Shown here in pieces: positions 1-27,821 of a stretch of 64,000 nucleotides of DNA. How positions within the stretch are numbered: the first letter of the stretch is position 1; every line of letters starts with the position of its first letter. Below the pieces are notes generated by a model that was not told where the DNA came from, did no database searches, and was given only the letters and a program-made list of their open reading frames with translations. Source of the DNA: Macrostomum lignano (Eukaryota); contig NIVC01000365.1 in assembly GCA_002269645.1 (NCBI GenBank), forward strand, positions 248,001 through 312,000. Reading direction: 5' to 3'. A program made the translations under genes and the position numbers.

Positions 1-2399
1 CTGGCAGTCCTAAATTTTTTTCTGAACTATTTATAAGTGATTAACTCCAAAACAGTGAAGATGTAGAATAAAAGTGCTAGAAAACATAAGCATAAAAGTT
101 GCTTGACTAAAATAACTTTATATTGTCTATCAGCTCAGTTCTTTATCAAAAAGGTATTTTATCTTTAGTTTCAATATATTATAGCACCTCCACTCTTATG
201 CAGTATGCTATGTTAAAATTTGCCCCTCTTCATTTTATATTTCTAAATCTGTCTCTTTATATAGCATTCATAGAGCTAAAATTGTTTATTGCATTATATG
301 ACAATAAATTATTGATTGTGTAATAACAATAATAAATAATAATAATAATAATAATAAACAAAATAGGCCTATACATGATGAGTTGTATGGATTTCATTAG
401 GCCTATAACAAACTTTATGGTCAATATTTTTTTGTTTTATTATTAACTTGTTAAATAAATAATTTTATATAAATTATCAATCTATTATTTTAAACTGATA
501 CTAGCAATCCAGCCTATTTGGGAAGCACAAAAATGAAAATAAAAATTATGGCTGAAAATATTAAAGAATGGACCTATGCTTCCAGTAAGCCTTGACATCT
601 CAGCAATTCCCCTATAAGCCTTGATATCCTAGTAATTCCCCCATAGGGCTTGACATCCCAGCTATTCCTTCCATAAGCCTTGACATTCCAGCAATTCCCT
701 ATAAGCCTTAACATCTCTGCAAATCCCCCCATAAGTCTCAATGTCTTAGCAGTTCTCTTAGCAAGTCTTGACATTTTAGCAATTTATCAATAAATATTTT
801 TTTTTGTTTTACAAGATGCTCCGTTTATGCTTGAGTTGAACTTGTGCTTCTTTTATGTTTAGCATAATATTTTTTTCACATAGTGATCCTTTTTATAAGC
901 TTTAATCACAAAGCTTAAAAAATAATAACAATTTTTTCTACTGAAATTTGAATGTAGTTGCTGCTTCAGCAGCTCTGTCTGTTTGCATCTAGGCTAGCTT
1001 TCATTGATCAATATGCTCATACATGAATTGTAGCACTTATAATTCAACTCATATCATATTAGTTAGAGTAAAAGTCATGATGTAATTTATTTCTCATTCA
1101 TTCCGTGTCAGTCACAATTAAAGTAAGCAATTCAACTATACAATATGAATCAAGTCTTGTGCTAAATGCTTCCACACTGTGTACTTCAAAGTGGTGGTGC
1201 AGTTGAATTCAGTGTTAAAATTCATCTAGTACATAGACAATAAATAGAATTTTGGTGTGATGCAATCTATTTTAGAATCAGAATTCAACCAGTCAGTTTT
1301 TTTCTAGCATTTTTACAATGCATTTCAAGTCAAAAGAGCTACTTGACCTTTGCAAAAAAGCATTTTTTTTCAAATATTTAATCCCTTTAGCATTCAGCAA
1401 TTTCTTAGCCAAGACCCATGTACCATCACAAAAAAATTTCTGATTGAACAGTGCAAGTTTGAACAAAATTGGTTAAGCCATTTTTTCTATTTCTATTATC
1501 AATTGCACAGACAAACAGACAAAGACAGCTTAGATTTAGATTTAGAATATATAGAAGAAGAAGATATAGCAAAATCTTAGAGATTCAATATTATCAAAAT
1601 CTATAGTAGTGCTATTCAAGCATGTAGTCAAGATTTATATTAGGCCTAAGAGGAGGGGGACAGAATATTAATCTATCTCCAATGTTGAAAATGGAAGCAA
1701 AATAAAAAGGCAATCAAACAACTCCTCTCCTATCTAGGGGGGGAGGGGAGATATCTCTAGTGTCCCCCTTTGGCTATACCCCTAGTGCTAATAACTTATA
1801 CTTATAGACTTTTTCGATAGGGTACTGCCTATATGAAGGTATTAGAATTTATGAAAGATATTGATTTTTTTCTTATTAATAAATCTTAATTTAGAATTCT
1901 ATGCCTATGGCCTATGAATATTTAGTACATGATAGATAGCAAAACTTTAATGTTGATAGTTTTAATAAACCCTATTATTCAAATAAAGTTGTTTTCATAA
2001 GCTTAAATCATAATGTTTTTATAAGCTTTTTACTAGGTAGGCCCAGTGTTCCGCGCTGGGAGTTGGGCTCACCAATGAGGCAGAAGATCTTAATTAGTTC
2101 AATAGATGGAACGGCAGCAAAGATTTTGTGCTGCTTTGCGCGTATATTTATTTACACAAACTGCGCAAGATTCATGAGGGGCCAAGAGAGGTGCAAACAG
2201 GTGGCATGACGTGATAGGCTACACCAACCCACCTCAGCTAGACAGAGGTTGGGGGGGTTTCCAGTGCAGCTGTACTGGTGCTGCCAGTCGCGTACAGTCT
2301 GGCCACCACACTGGGCAAAAATTCACATTGAACCAATGAATTACTAAAAGCAGTCACTGATCACTTCATGTCACCATCAAAACCAACTCAACCAGCAGC

Positions 2400-3099
2400 A
2401 TGTCAGACGCAGCCAGGGCGCAGTCAGAAGCTGTCAATCAGCAGCAGCAGCAGTCAGAAGCGGAGGGCGAGCAGCCCCGCGTTGAAGATGTAGACGATGA
2501 AGAAGAGGACGCTGACAAGCTGCTGCTTTATGGCTCCAAGCAGATCATCCGCCTTTTCGTGCCAGTGTCCATCTGCATGCTGTTCGTGGTGTCCATCATC
2601 TCCACAGTGAGCTACTACTCCTCAACTCAGCAGTACCTGCCCTACACGCCGTTCCACGACCAGACAGACGACCCGGGAAAAATTGCCTGGCAGTCAATAC
2701 TGAATGCTTTGATCATCCTGGGCTTGGTCATTGTCATGACCATCGTGCTGATTGTGCTGTACAAACTGCGCTGCTACAAAGTGATCCAAGGCTGGCTGTA
2801 CGTCACCAGCGTGCTGATATTGTTCTTCTTCAGTCTCATTTTCTTTGGAGTATTGCTCAGCACTCTGAACTTGGCCTTCGACTACATCACTATGGCTGTG
2901 TGCGTCTGGAACTTCGGTCTGGTTGGCCAGGTGAGTGCTTAGTAGTGGTAGGACTAGTAGTAGTAGTAGTAGTGTAGTAGTAGTAGCAGTAGTAGTAGTA
3001 GTAGCAGTAGTAGTAGTAGCAGTAGTAGTAGTAGTAGCAGTAGTAGTAGTATCAGTAGTAGTAGTAGCAGTACTGCAGTAGTAGTGTAGTAGTAGTAGC

Positions 3100-3140
<41 letters not shown>

Positions 3141-3820
3141 CAGTACTGCAGTAGTAGTGTAGTAGTAGTAGTAGTAGCAGTAGTAGTAGTAGCCTAGTGG
3201 TTAGAGCGTCGGACTCACGACTCGACGGTCGGGGTTCGATTCCCAATCCCACTGGAACAATTTGTGTCCTTGAGCAAGACACTTAACTCTACATTGCTTC
3301 AGTTCACCCAGCTGTTAAATAGGTGCCAGCATTAGCTGGGGTAATTGAAGGTGTGTGTGGCGACCCCCCCCCCAGTCCTTGGACTGAACTGTCATACGCA
3401 GCCTTCAGATGCGCCGCACAATAGCTGCGGCTGAGCTGTCGGTTGCACATCTGGCCCAATTGGGGCAGGTGTAATCAGTTATTATCAATAGTACAGTATA
3501 CTAGTACTAGTAGTAGTAGCTGAACCGCATTCCTACCCGCAGGTGGCAATCCACTGGAAGGGCCCCCTCCTGCTGCAGCAGATGTACTTAATCTTCATCA
3601 GCGCCCTCATGGCCCTGGTGTTCATCAAATTCCTACCCGAATGGACCACCTGGGTGCTGCTGGTGCTGATCAGCATCTGGGACCTGGTGGCCGTGCTCTG
3701 CCCCAAGGGGCCGCTCAGAATGCTGGTTGAAACTGCCCAGGAGCGGAACGAGTCGCTGTTTCCCAGCCTCATCTACTCTACAACTGCCGCCTACATGTCC
3801 GTGGGAACCGCTGAGCAGCC

Positions 3821-3859
<39 letters not shown>

Positions 3860-4964
3860 CGGCAACGTGTCATCCGATCTGGACGAATCTGGCAGCCACC
3901 AGCAGCAGCACCAGGCGGCTGCCCAGGTTCTCAACGGAGGCGGCGGCGACGGCGGAGAAGCCGGTGTTAGCGGCGGTCACGATGGAGGTGCGAATTTTGA
4001 GTTACAGAGTACTTCTAGTGCGATGTACTTTTAGTGTATGAATGTGTAAAGCAGCTTCTAATTAGTTGCCTTGCGAGTATGTGCCTCCTAATTTCATGCG
4101 ATAAATAATGCGTTTCTTACATTCCACGCTTCCTCGAATCCGCGCTTTTGTATAAGGGCTGCAGAACTGCCCATGCGCGCTCAGATCTCTCAATGCGCGC
4201 TAAAGACTCTCAATGCGCACTCAGATCTCTCAATGCGCGCTTAGAATTCTCAATGCGCGCTAAGAACTCTCAATGCGCGCTTAGAACTCTCAATGCGCGC
4301 TAAGAACTCTCAATGCGCGCTCAGAACTCTCAATGCGCGCTAAGAACTCTCAATGCGCGCTAAGAACTCTCAATGCGCGCTCAGAACTCTCAATGCGCGC
4401 TAAGAACTCTCAATGCGCGCTAAGAACTCTCAATGCGCGCTCAGAACTCTCAATGCGCGCTCAGAACTCTCAATGCGCGCTAAGAACTCTCAATGCTCAC
4501 TCAGAACTCTCAATGCGCGCTAAGAACTCTCAATGCGCGCTAAGAACTCTCAATGCGCGTTTATTAACCCGCCTTACAATTATCAAAGTGCACGTAGAAA
4601 ATGCCAATGCCTGTCATCCGCAGACGGCCCTGACGCAGCCGGAGCTGGCAGCAACGGCCTCAGAGTCCGCAACAAGGCCTTCCATGACGAGAGCCACGGC
4701 GTGAAGCTGGGCCTCGGCGACTTCGTGTTCTACTCCATCCTGGTTGGCAGGGCCAGCAGCGCCGGCGACTGGAACACCACCCTGTCGTGCTACTTCGCCA
4801 TCCTGATTGGCCTGTCGCTCACCCTGTTGCTGCTGGCCATCGGCCGTCGAGCCCTGCCCGCACTGCCCATCAGCATCACGTTCGGCGTCATCTTCTACTT
4901 CCTCACCAGCCTGATCGTGTCGCCGTTTGTTGACGCCCTGACTGCGCAGCAGTTCTTCATCTGA
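2400..4964 (+). CDS. PSEN: Presenilin (gamma-secretase catalytic subunit), join(2400..2930,3543..3987,4624..4964), 438 aa
   Basis: Motifs WNFGLVG/IHWKGPL, catalytic [27 protein letters not shown] and PALP. Splice sites CAG|GTGAGT..CCGCAG| (phase 0) and GAG|GTGCGA..CCGCAG| (phase 1) give a continuous 1317-nt frame. Confidence 0.96.
2940..3191. repeat. (TAG/AGT)n microsatellite in presenilin intron 1
   Basis: Direct reading: agtagtagtagcagtag runs. Confidence 0.95.
3190..3490 (+). mobile_element. tRNA-derived SINE (family 1) with CORE/MIR-like central segment
   Basis: A-box TAGCCTAGTGG and B-box GGTTCGATTCC, followed by TTGTGTCCTTGAGCAAGACACTTAACTC..TGCTTCAG..CACCCAGCTG, which resembles the CORE-SINE motif. 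No intact acceptor stem. 3' end approximate. Confidence 0.75.
4161..4560. repeat. 20-bp minisatellite (AATGCGCGCTAAGAACTCTC) in presenilin intron 2
   Basis: Period of 20 visible across lines 4201-4560. Confidence 0.95.
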
Positions 4965-5330
4965 AAATCTGCTGATACTACTGACTGTGACATTCAGTAA
5001 GTAGTATTGGGTTCTTCCCCCTGTTTTTCTAGGCGCACTGATTTTAACGTTAATCCAGAATCCAGTTTTCTCCTCCTGTTATTTACTCTGCTGTTTTAAC
5101 CTGCATCGTTCAGTCTCGGTGTCAGAAATTGTGTCAGTGATTTTCTATCTGGATTGCGATTCTATTTAATCTAGCAGGCTTTCTCCTAGCGATTTTTTGT
5201 TCTTGGTTAATTCGTTACGTTTTGCGGTAGGTTTAATATTTATTTAATGCTCGATAATGAGCTGCCAAGCAAAGTTCATTAAGCAAGTTTTGAATCTTTA
5301 AACTGGGCCACCCCTGTCTCAGACCCTTAG

Positions 5331-5990
5331 TCGCTGGGCCAGCCTCCCAGATCCTCTGTTGCTGGGCCAGCCTCCCACATTCCTAGTTGCTGGGCCAGCC
5401 TCCTAGATCCTCAGTTGCTGAGCCAGCCTCCCAGATCCTCAGTTGCTGGGCCAGCCTCCCAGATCCTCAGTTGCTGGGCCGCCTCCCAGATCCTCAGTTG
5501 CTGGGCCGCCTCCCAGATCCTCAGTTTCTGAGTCAGCCTCACAGATTCTCGTTGCTGGGCCAGCCTCCCAGATCCTCAGTTTCTGGGCCAGCCTCCCAGA
5601 TCCTCAGTTTCTGGGCCAGCCTCCCAGATCCTCAGCTGCTGGGCCGGCCTCCCAGATCCTCAGTTGCTGGGCCAGCCTCCCAGATTCTCAGCTGCTGGGC
5701 CAGCCTCCCAGATCCTCAGTTGCTGGGCCAGCCTCCCAGATCCTCAGCTGCTGGGCCAGCCTCCCAGATCCTCAGTTTCTGAGTCAGCCTCCCAGATCCT
5801 CAGTTGCTGGGCCGCCTCCCAGATCCTCAGTTTCTGAGTCAGCCTCACAGATTCTCGTTGCTAGGCCACCGCCAATTTCCCAGTTGTTGGTGAGCCTCCC
5901 AGATCCTCAGTTGCTGGGCCAGCCTCTCAGATCCTCAGTTGCTGGGCCACCGCCAGCTTCACAGATCCTCAGTTGCTGGGCCATCACCAG
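5331..5990. repeat. ~28-bp minisatellite (GCTGGGCCAGCCTCCCAGATCCTCAGTT) 3' of presenilin
   Basis: Direct reading; source of ORFs 5387..5782 and 5443..6084. Confidence 0.92.
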
Positions 5991-6614
5991 CCTACCAGAT
6001 CCCCAGGCTGGTCTGATTAATTTAATCCGTCAAACAAAACCCCTAATCGTGTTTGCCCTGTGCCGAGCCAGCTATATAAGTTAATGATACTTGTATGCTG
6101 AGAAATTTCACTAGTGAGGCATTGAATTATTGACTGTTATGTAATTACAAATTGTTGTTACTGGTTTGCATTATATTTTTTATCCAATGCCGATGCATGC
6201 GTTTTTATCCTCGGAAGTTGCTGCGCGTTAATCAGAAATGTTACCTCTCACTCGCTGTTGCCCCGTTTTGTTATAGTTTGCACTGCTGAATCATGGCGAT
6301 GCCCTGTAATATTGATTGTCTGGCGTGTTCAGTATCGACCTGTCCTGTGCATGTCCAATTAGTAAATATATTGGCAGTATAAATTTGTTTTAATTCCTCT
6401 GTACACAATTCGACAGACAAAGGAAATTTTAAGTTTGAGTTTAATTTCAAGAGTGTAAGATTAAAGCAAAAATATGGAAGTTTTCAAAAATCACTTGCGA
6501 TATTACTTTCAGTAGCCTCATTAGAAATGCTCTAACGAAAATCTGATTCACTTCCTGATTCGATTCGTAGATGGCAGTGATGTAAGAGATTTAAAGAGGA
6601 GATTCATATACACA

Positions 6615-6810
6615 GGGACATTAGAGTATAGATGCAGATGCACAGTGAGATTAGAGAATATATGCAGATAGACAATGATATTAGAGAATAGATGCAGATA
6701 GACAGTGAGATTAGAGAATATATTCAGATAGACAGTGAGATAGAGAGGACATACAGGTTAGACAGTGAGATTACAGAATAGATACAGAAGCACAGTAAGA
6801 TTAGAGAATT
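6615..6810. repeat. Degenerate ~30-bp repeat (GATGCAGATAGACAGTGAGATTAGAGAATA)
   Basis: About 6 imperfect copies. Confidence 0.75.
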
Positions 6811-7849
6811 ATTTCAAAATTCAGAAAAAAGCAGTCACAATGAGCAGAAAGCGTTTCTGCTTGATAGACTTGGCCAAGCTCCATTGTGAATACAAATAAA
6901 AATTGGAAGTTTCGGTGTCCCTAGCAACAGTAGACTCGGACACGGTACCTTCATAAATTATATTTGAATACATGCCACACGCCAGTGGTACAGGATATGT
7001 GCTTGCTTTTACAGCCTTCTACGCACAGTAAAACAAAGGTGGCAATGCACTGAAAGAATCGCAAGCAATGGTCAAGCCGGCCCACGGATTGAGAGGCGGA
7101 TTAGTCTAAGCATAATAATAATACATAGATATTAAATAGCCAATAGGGAGAGGAATGTACAGCGTGGACTTGAGTGCAGCAGGAATCGGTTTCATTTAGC
7201 AATGGTATATATTATATATATAGATGCTTTCTTCCGCGTGAGAGTAAAAAAATACCAAAAAGACTGCAGTGTTTGCAATTGAGAAATACAGAGCTTACAC
7301 CATGCGTGCGCGCGTGTGTGGATACCAGCAACTATTGGCCCGGCACTGGAGCGAGTTAAGAGGGAGAGAAGGACCGATTTAGATTGAAATAATAACAGTG
7401 ACAGTTGAGAGACAGATTGAGAGTTGAGACTAGAGACAGGAGAATGGAGAAGACGGCTGAGATTAGACGTGGGCCGACTGCATGCGGGCAGGTTACTAAC
7501 AGAGTTGTGAGAATGTGAGAAAGGAGAAAGGAATGTGCGGGGATGCGATCCGGGGAAGAGAGAGGGGGGTTGATTAAAGAAAATGCTTGTGAAAGACGAC
7601 ACAGACGCAGATGGGCACAGGCATGCGAATTGAATTGAAGTTGCAGTAAAACCGCGCAAAAACAGACAATCGGATACAAATTTACTGAAGCGGGCGGTGA
7701 CACAGTTACTACTGCACAACAGCGATATTAACTGGATAGCGCAAAACTTTGTCTCCGAAGGACATTCGAACCATTTTTATGCAGTTGCAAGATTTAGCTG
7801 TACGGCACCTCTGCACAATCTGTATTAATCTGTATCAGGATATCCCTGC

Positions 7850-8148
7850 TTGCTTTAGTCTATAGTAGCGTGTACTGTAAACACAACACTGCTTAGTCTG
7901 TAGCATCCTGTACACAGAACACTGCTTAGTCCGTAGCATCCTGTACACAGAACACTGCTTAGTCTGTAGCATCCTGTGCACAGAACACTGTTTAGTCTGT
8001 AGCATCCTGTACACAGAACACTGTTTAGTCTGTAGCATCCTGTACACAGAATACTGCTTGGTCTGTAGCATCCTGTACACAGAACACTGCTTAGTCTGTA
8101 GCATCCTGTACACAGAACACTGTTTAGTCTGTAGCATCCTGTACACAT
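7850..8148. repeat. 33-bp minisatellite just 3' of the Shroom-like stop codon
   Basis: Unit CTGTAGCATCCTGTACACAGAACACTGCTTAGT; translates as an 11-aa repeat. Confidence 0.93.
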
Positions 8149-8229
8149 AAGTCTTGTAAACTATTTTGAATGCCGCATCCTGCAACAGCAAAGCTCTCAC
8201 TAAGAAAAGCCGCCAGTCAGTCACGCCGC

Positions 8230-24953
<16,724 letters not shown>

Positions 24954-25299
24954 GAGGGCCTCGATTAAGGCGCCTTAGAATTTGCTTGGCCGCTTGCCAA
25001 ACCAGAATCAGCTGCATGCATTTAATGCTGGCAAGATATTGGGGCTGCCGCGATTCGCTACGCCATTGCTGCGGCGCAGGTCTTGGCATGCAATGGAACA
25101 ATTTGTTGCAGAAATTTAATTACCGAATGCAGCAAAAATGATTCTGAACTGAAAGCTAAAACATCGGTTTTTATCGCCAGCGCGGGTTGATTTAGGAGAG
25201 CCGGGGGGGGGGGGGGCAGAGAAATTTCGAGCGGTTAAATTGTTTGTGGCCAATAAAACAGCGATTGGTTAGTCCGCTGTTTATGGCATGGGCGGAGGA

Positions 25300-26125
25300 A
25301 TGGGCGGAGGGCGGCTCAGCCTGAGGACTGGGTGGCATGGGGTGGCTCAGCCTGAGGACTGGGTGGGAGGGTGGCCCAGCCTGAGGACTGGGTGGCATGG
25401 GGTGGCTCAGTCTGAGGACTGGGTGGCTCAGCCTGAGGACTGGGTGGCAGGGTGGCCCAGCCTGAGGACCGGGTGGCATGGGGTGGCTCAGTCTGAGGAC
25501 TGGGTGGCCCAGCCTGAGGACTGGGTGGCATGGGGTGGCTCAGTCTGAGGACTGGGTGGCCCAGCCTGAGGACTGGGTGGCATGGGGTGGCTCAGTCTGA
25601 GGACTGGGTGGCTCAGCCTGAGGACTGAGTGGCTCAGCCTGAGGACTGGGTGGCTCAGCCTGAGGATTGGGTGGCTCAGCCTGAGGACTGGGTGGCAGAG
25701 GGTGGCTCAGCCTGAGGACTGGGTGGCACAGCCTGAGGATTGGGTGACAGAGGGCGGCTTAACCTGAGGACTGGGTGGCTCAGCCTGAGGACTGGGTGGC
25801 TCAGCCTGAGGACTGGGTGGCTCAGTCTGAGGACTGGGTGGCTCAGCCTGAGGACTGAGTGGCTCAGCCTGAGGACTGGGTGGCTCAGCCTGAGGATTGG
25901 GTGGCTCAGCCTGAGGACTGGGTGGCAGAGGGTGGCTCAGCCTGAGGACTGGGTGGCTCAGCCTGAGGACTGGGTGGCAGATGGTGGCTCAGCCTGAGGA
26001 CTGGAAGGCAGATGGTGGCTCAGCCTGAGGACTGAGTGGCAGAGGGTGGCTCAGCCTGAGGACTGGAAGGCAGATGGTGGCTCAGCCTGAGGACTGAGTG
26101 GCAGAGGGTGGCTCAGCCTGAGGAC
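25300..26125. repeat. 21-bp minisatellite (GGTGGCTCAGCCTGAGGACTG)
   Basis: Direct reading. Confidence 0.93.
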
Positions 26126-26451
26126 GGTGGCGGAGGGCAGCTCGGTCTAGTTGTACTGAAAAACTAGAGCAGACGCCTGTTAAACTACAATGAAAGCATG
26201 AAAATGAAATAGAAAATTGAATTCATGAATAACATAGTGAAATAAATTATGTTAACAAATACTAAATGGATAGCAAGAACTTGCAGAATATATTTATTTT
26301 ACTGATAATTCTATTGCTATCAAAAGCTTTTCTTAAAAATAACAGTTAAAACTGCGTTTTAAAGTAATAAAATGCATCGCGACTTTAAGCTAAAAGAGAA
26401 GATACAAGACTTCTGCTGATTGATATAGCAGCTGCGCGTTGGTCCAGTGAT

Positions 26452-26962
26452 CTCGGGTTCAGTACAGGGGCGATTCTCAGGTTCAGTACAGGGGCGATTC
26501 TCAGGTTCAGTACAGGGGCGATTCTCAGGTTCAGTACAGGGGCGATTCTCAGGTTCAGTACAGGGGCGATTCTCAGGTTCAGTACAGGGGCGATTCTCAG
26601 GTTCAGTACAGGGGCGATTCTCAGGTTCAGTACAGGGGCGATTCTCAGGTTCAGTACAGGGGCGATTCTCAGATTCAGTACAGGGGCGATTCTCAGGTTC
26701 AGTACAGGGGCGATTCTCAGGTTCAGTACAGGGGCGATTCTCAGGTTCAGTACAGGGGCGATTCTCAGGTTCAGTACAGGGGCGATTCTCAGGTTCAGTA
26801 CAGGGGCGATTCTCAGGTTCAGTACAGGGGCGATTCTCAGGTTCAGTACAGGGGCGATTCTCAGGTTCAGTACAGGGGCGATTCTCAGGTTCAGTACAGG
26901 TGCGATTCTCAGGTTCAGTACAGGGGCGATTCTCAGGTTCAGTACAGGGGCGAATTTCAGGT
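26452..26962. repeat. 24-bp minisatellite (GGGGCGATTCTCAGGTTCAGTACA), ~21 near-identical copies
   Basis: Direct reading. Confidence 0.97.
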
Positions 26963-27334
26963 TCATTATCGAACAAATACCTGGGTTTATTAAACGGTAA
27001 AGAACGAATATCTGTAATTGTACCTGCATGTAATTGGTAAATTTACTGAATAGAGAGCACACTACCGGTACTTAAATCATGATTAAAACTAAGTAGCACA
27101 AACGGTAATAAGCCATAATATTAAAAAAGGCACGCCAACAATTACGAGCGTATAACAGTGGATTGTTAGCTTTACCTGGCAGGGCTAAACCGGACTGCTC
27201 TGGGCTGTTTGGAGTTTCCAATATTGATCACTTTATGAAATAGAATTAGTAGAAGCATTAATAACCCCGAGTTTTAAATGAACAATTACTTCACTTCACT
27301 GTGCCTCTATTTTCGATGTCACTTCCACCGCGCC

Positions 27335-27745
27335 CCAACCTACTCTGTACTCCATCCTTCTTTGTGCTTCATCCTCCTCTGTGCTCCAGCCTCCATTGTG
27401 CCCCATCCTCCTCTGTGCCCCATCCTCCTCTGTGCCCCATCCTCCTCTGTGCTTCATCCTCCTCTGTGCTCCAGCCTCCATTGTGCCCCAGCCTCCATTG
27501 TGCCCCATCCTCCTCTGTGCCCCATCCTGCTCTGTGCCCCATCCTCCTCTGTGCTTCATCCTCCTCTGTGCTCCAGCCTCCATTGTGCCCCAGCCTCCAT
27601 TGTGCCCCATCCTCCTCTGTGCCCCATCCTCCTCTGTGCTTCATCCTCCTCTGTGCTCCAGCCTCCATTGTGCCCCAGCCTCCATTGTGCCCCATCCTCC
27701 TCTGTGCCCCATCCTCCTCTGTGCCCCAGCCTCCATTGTGCCATA
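27335..27745. repeat. ~17-bp compound minisatellite (TGTGCCCCATCCTCCTC) 3' of PIAS
   Basis: Direct reading. Confidence 0.9.
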
Positions 27746-27821
27746 TCCTCTCCAGGGCCCCACTCCTACACAGCGTTGTGTAGGATTTCGGTTTGAGTTC
27801 GGGTTGGAAATATCACTTTGC

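Noticed and set aside
3190-3260. Possible tRNA genes (also 12407-12470)
   Set aside because: A/B boxes are present but there is no paired acceptor stem, and they continue into SINE bodies.
6915-6928. GTGTCCCTAGCAAC X-box-like site
   Set aside because: Only the right half-site matches, and it is not near an evident TSS.
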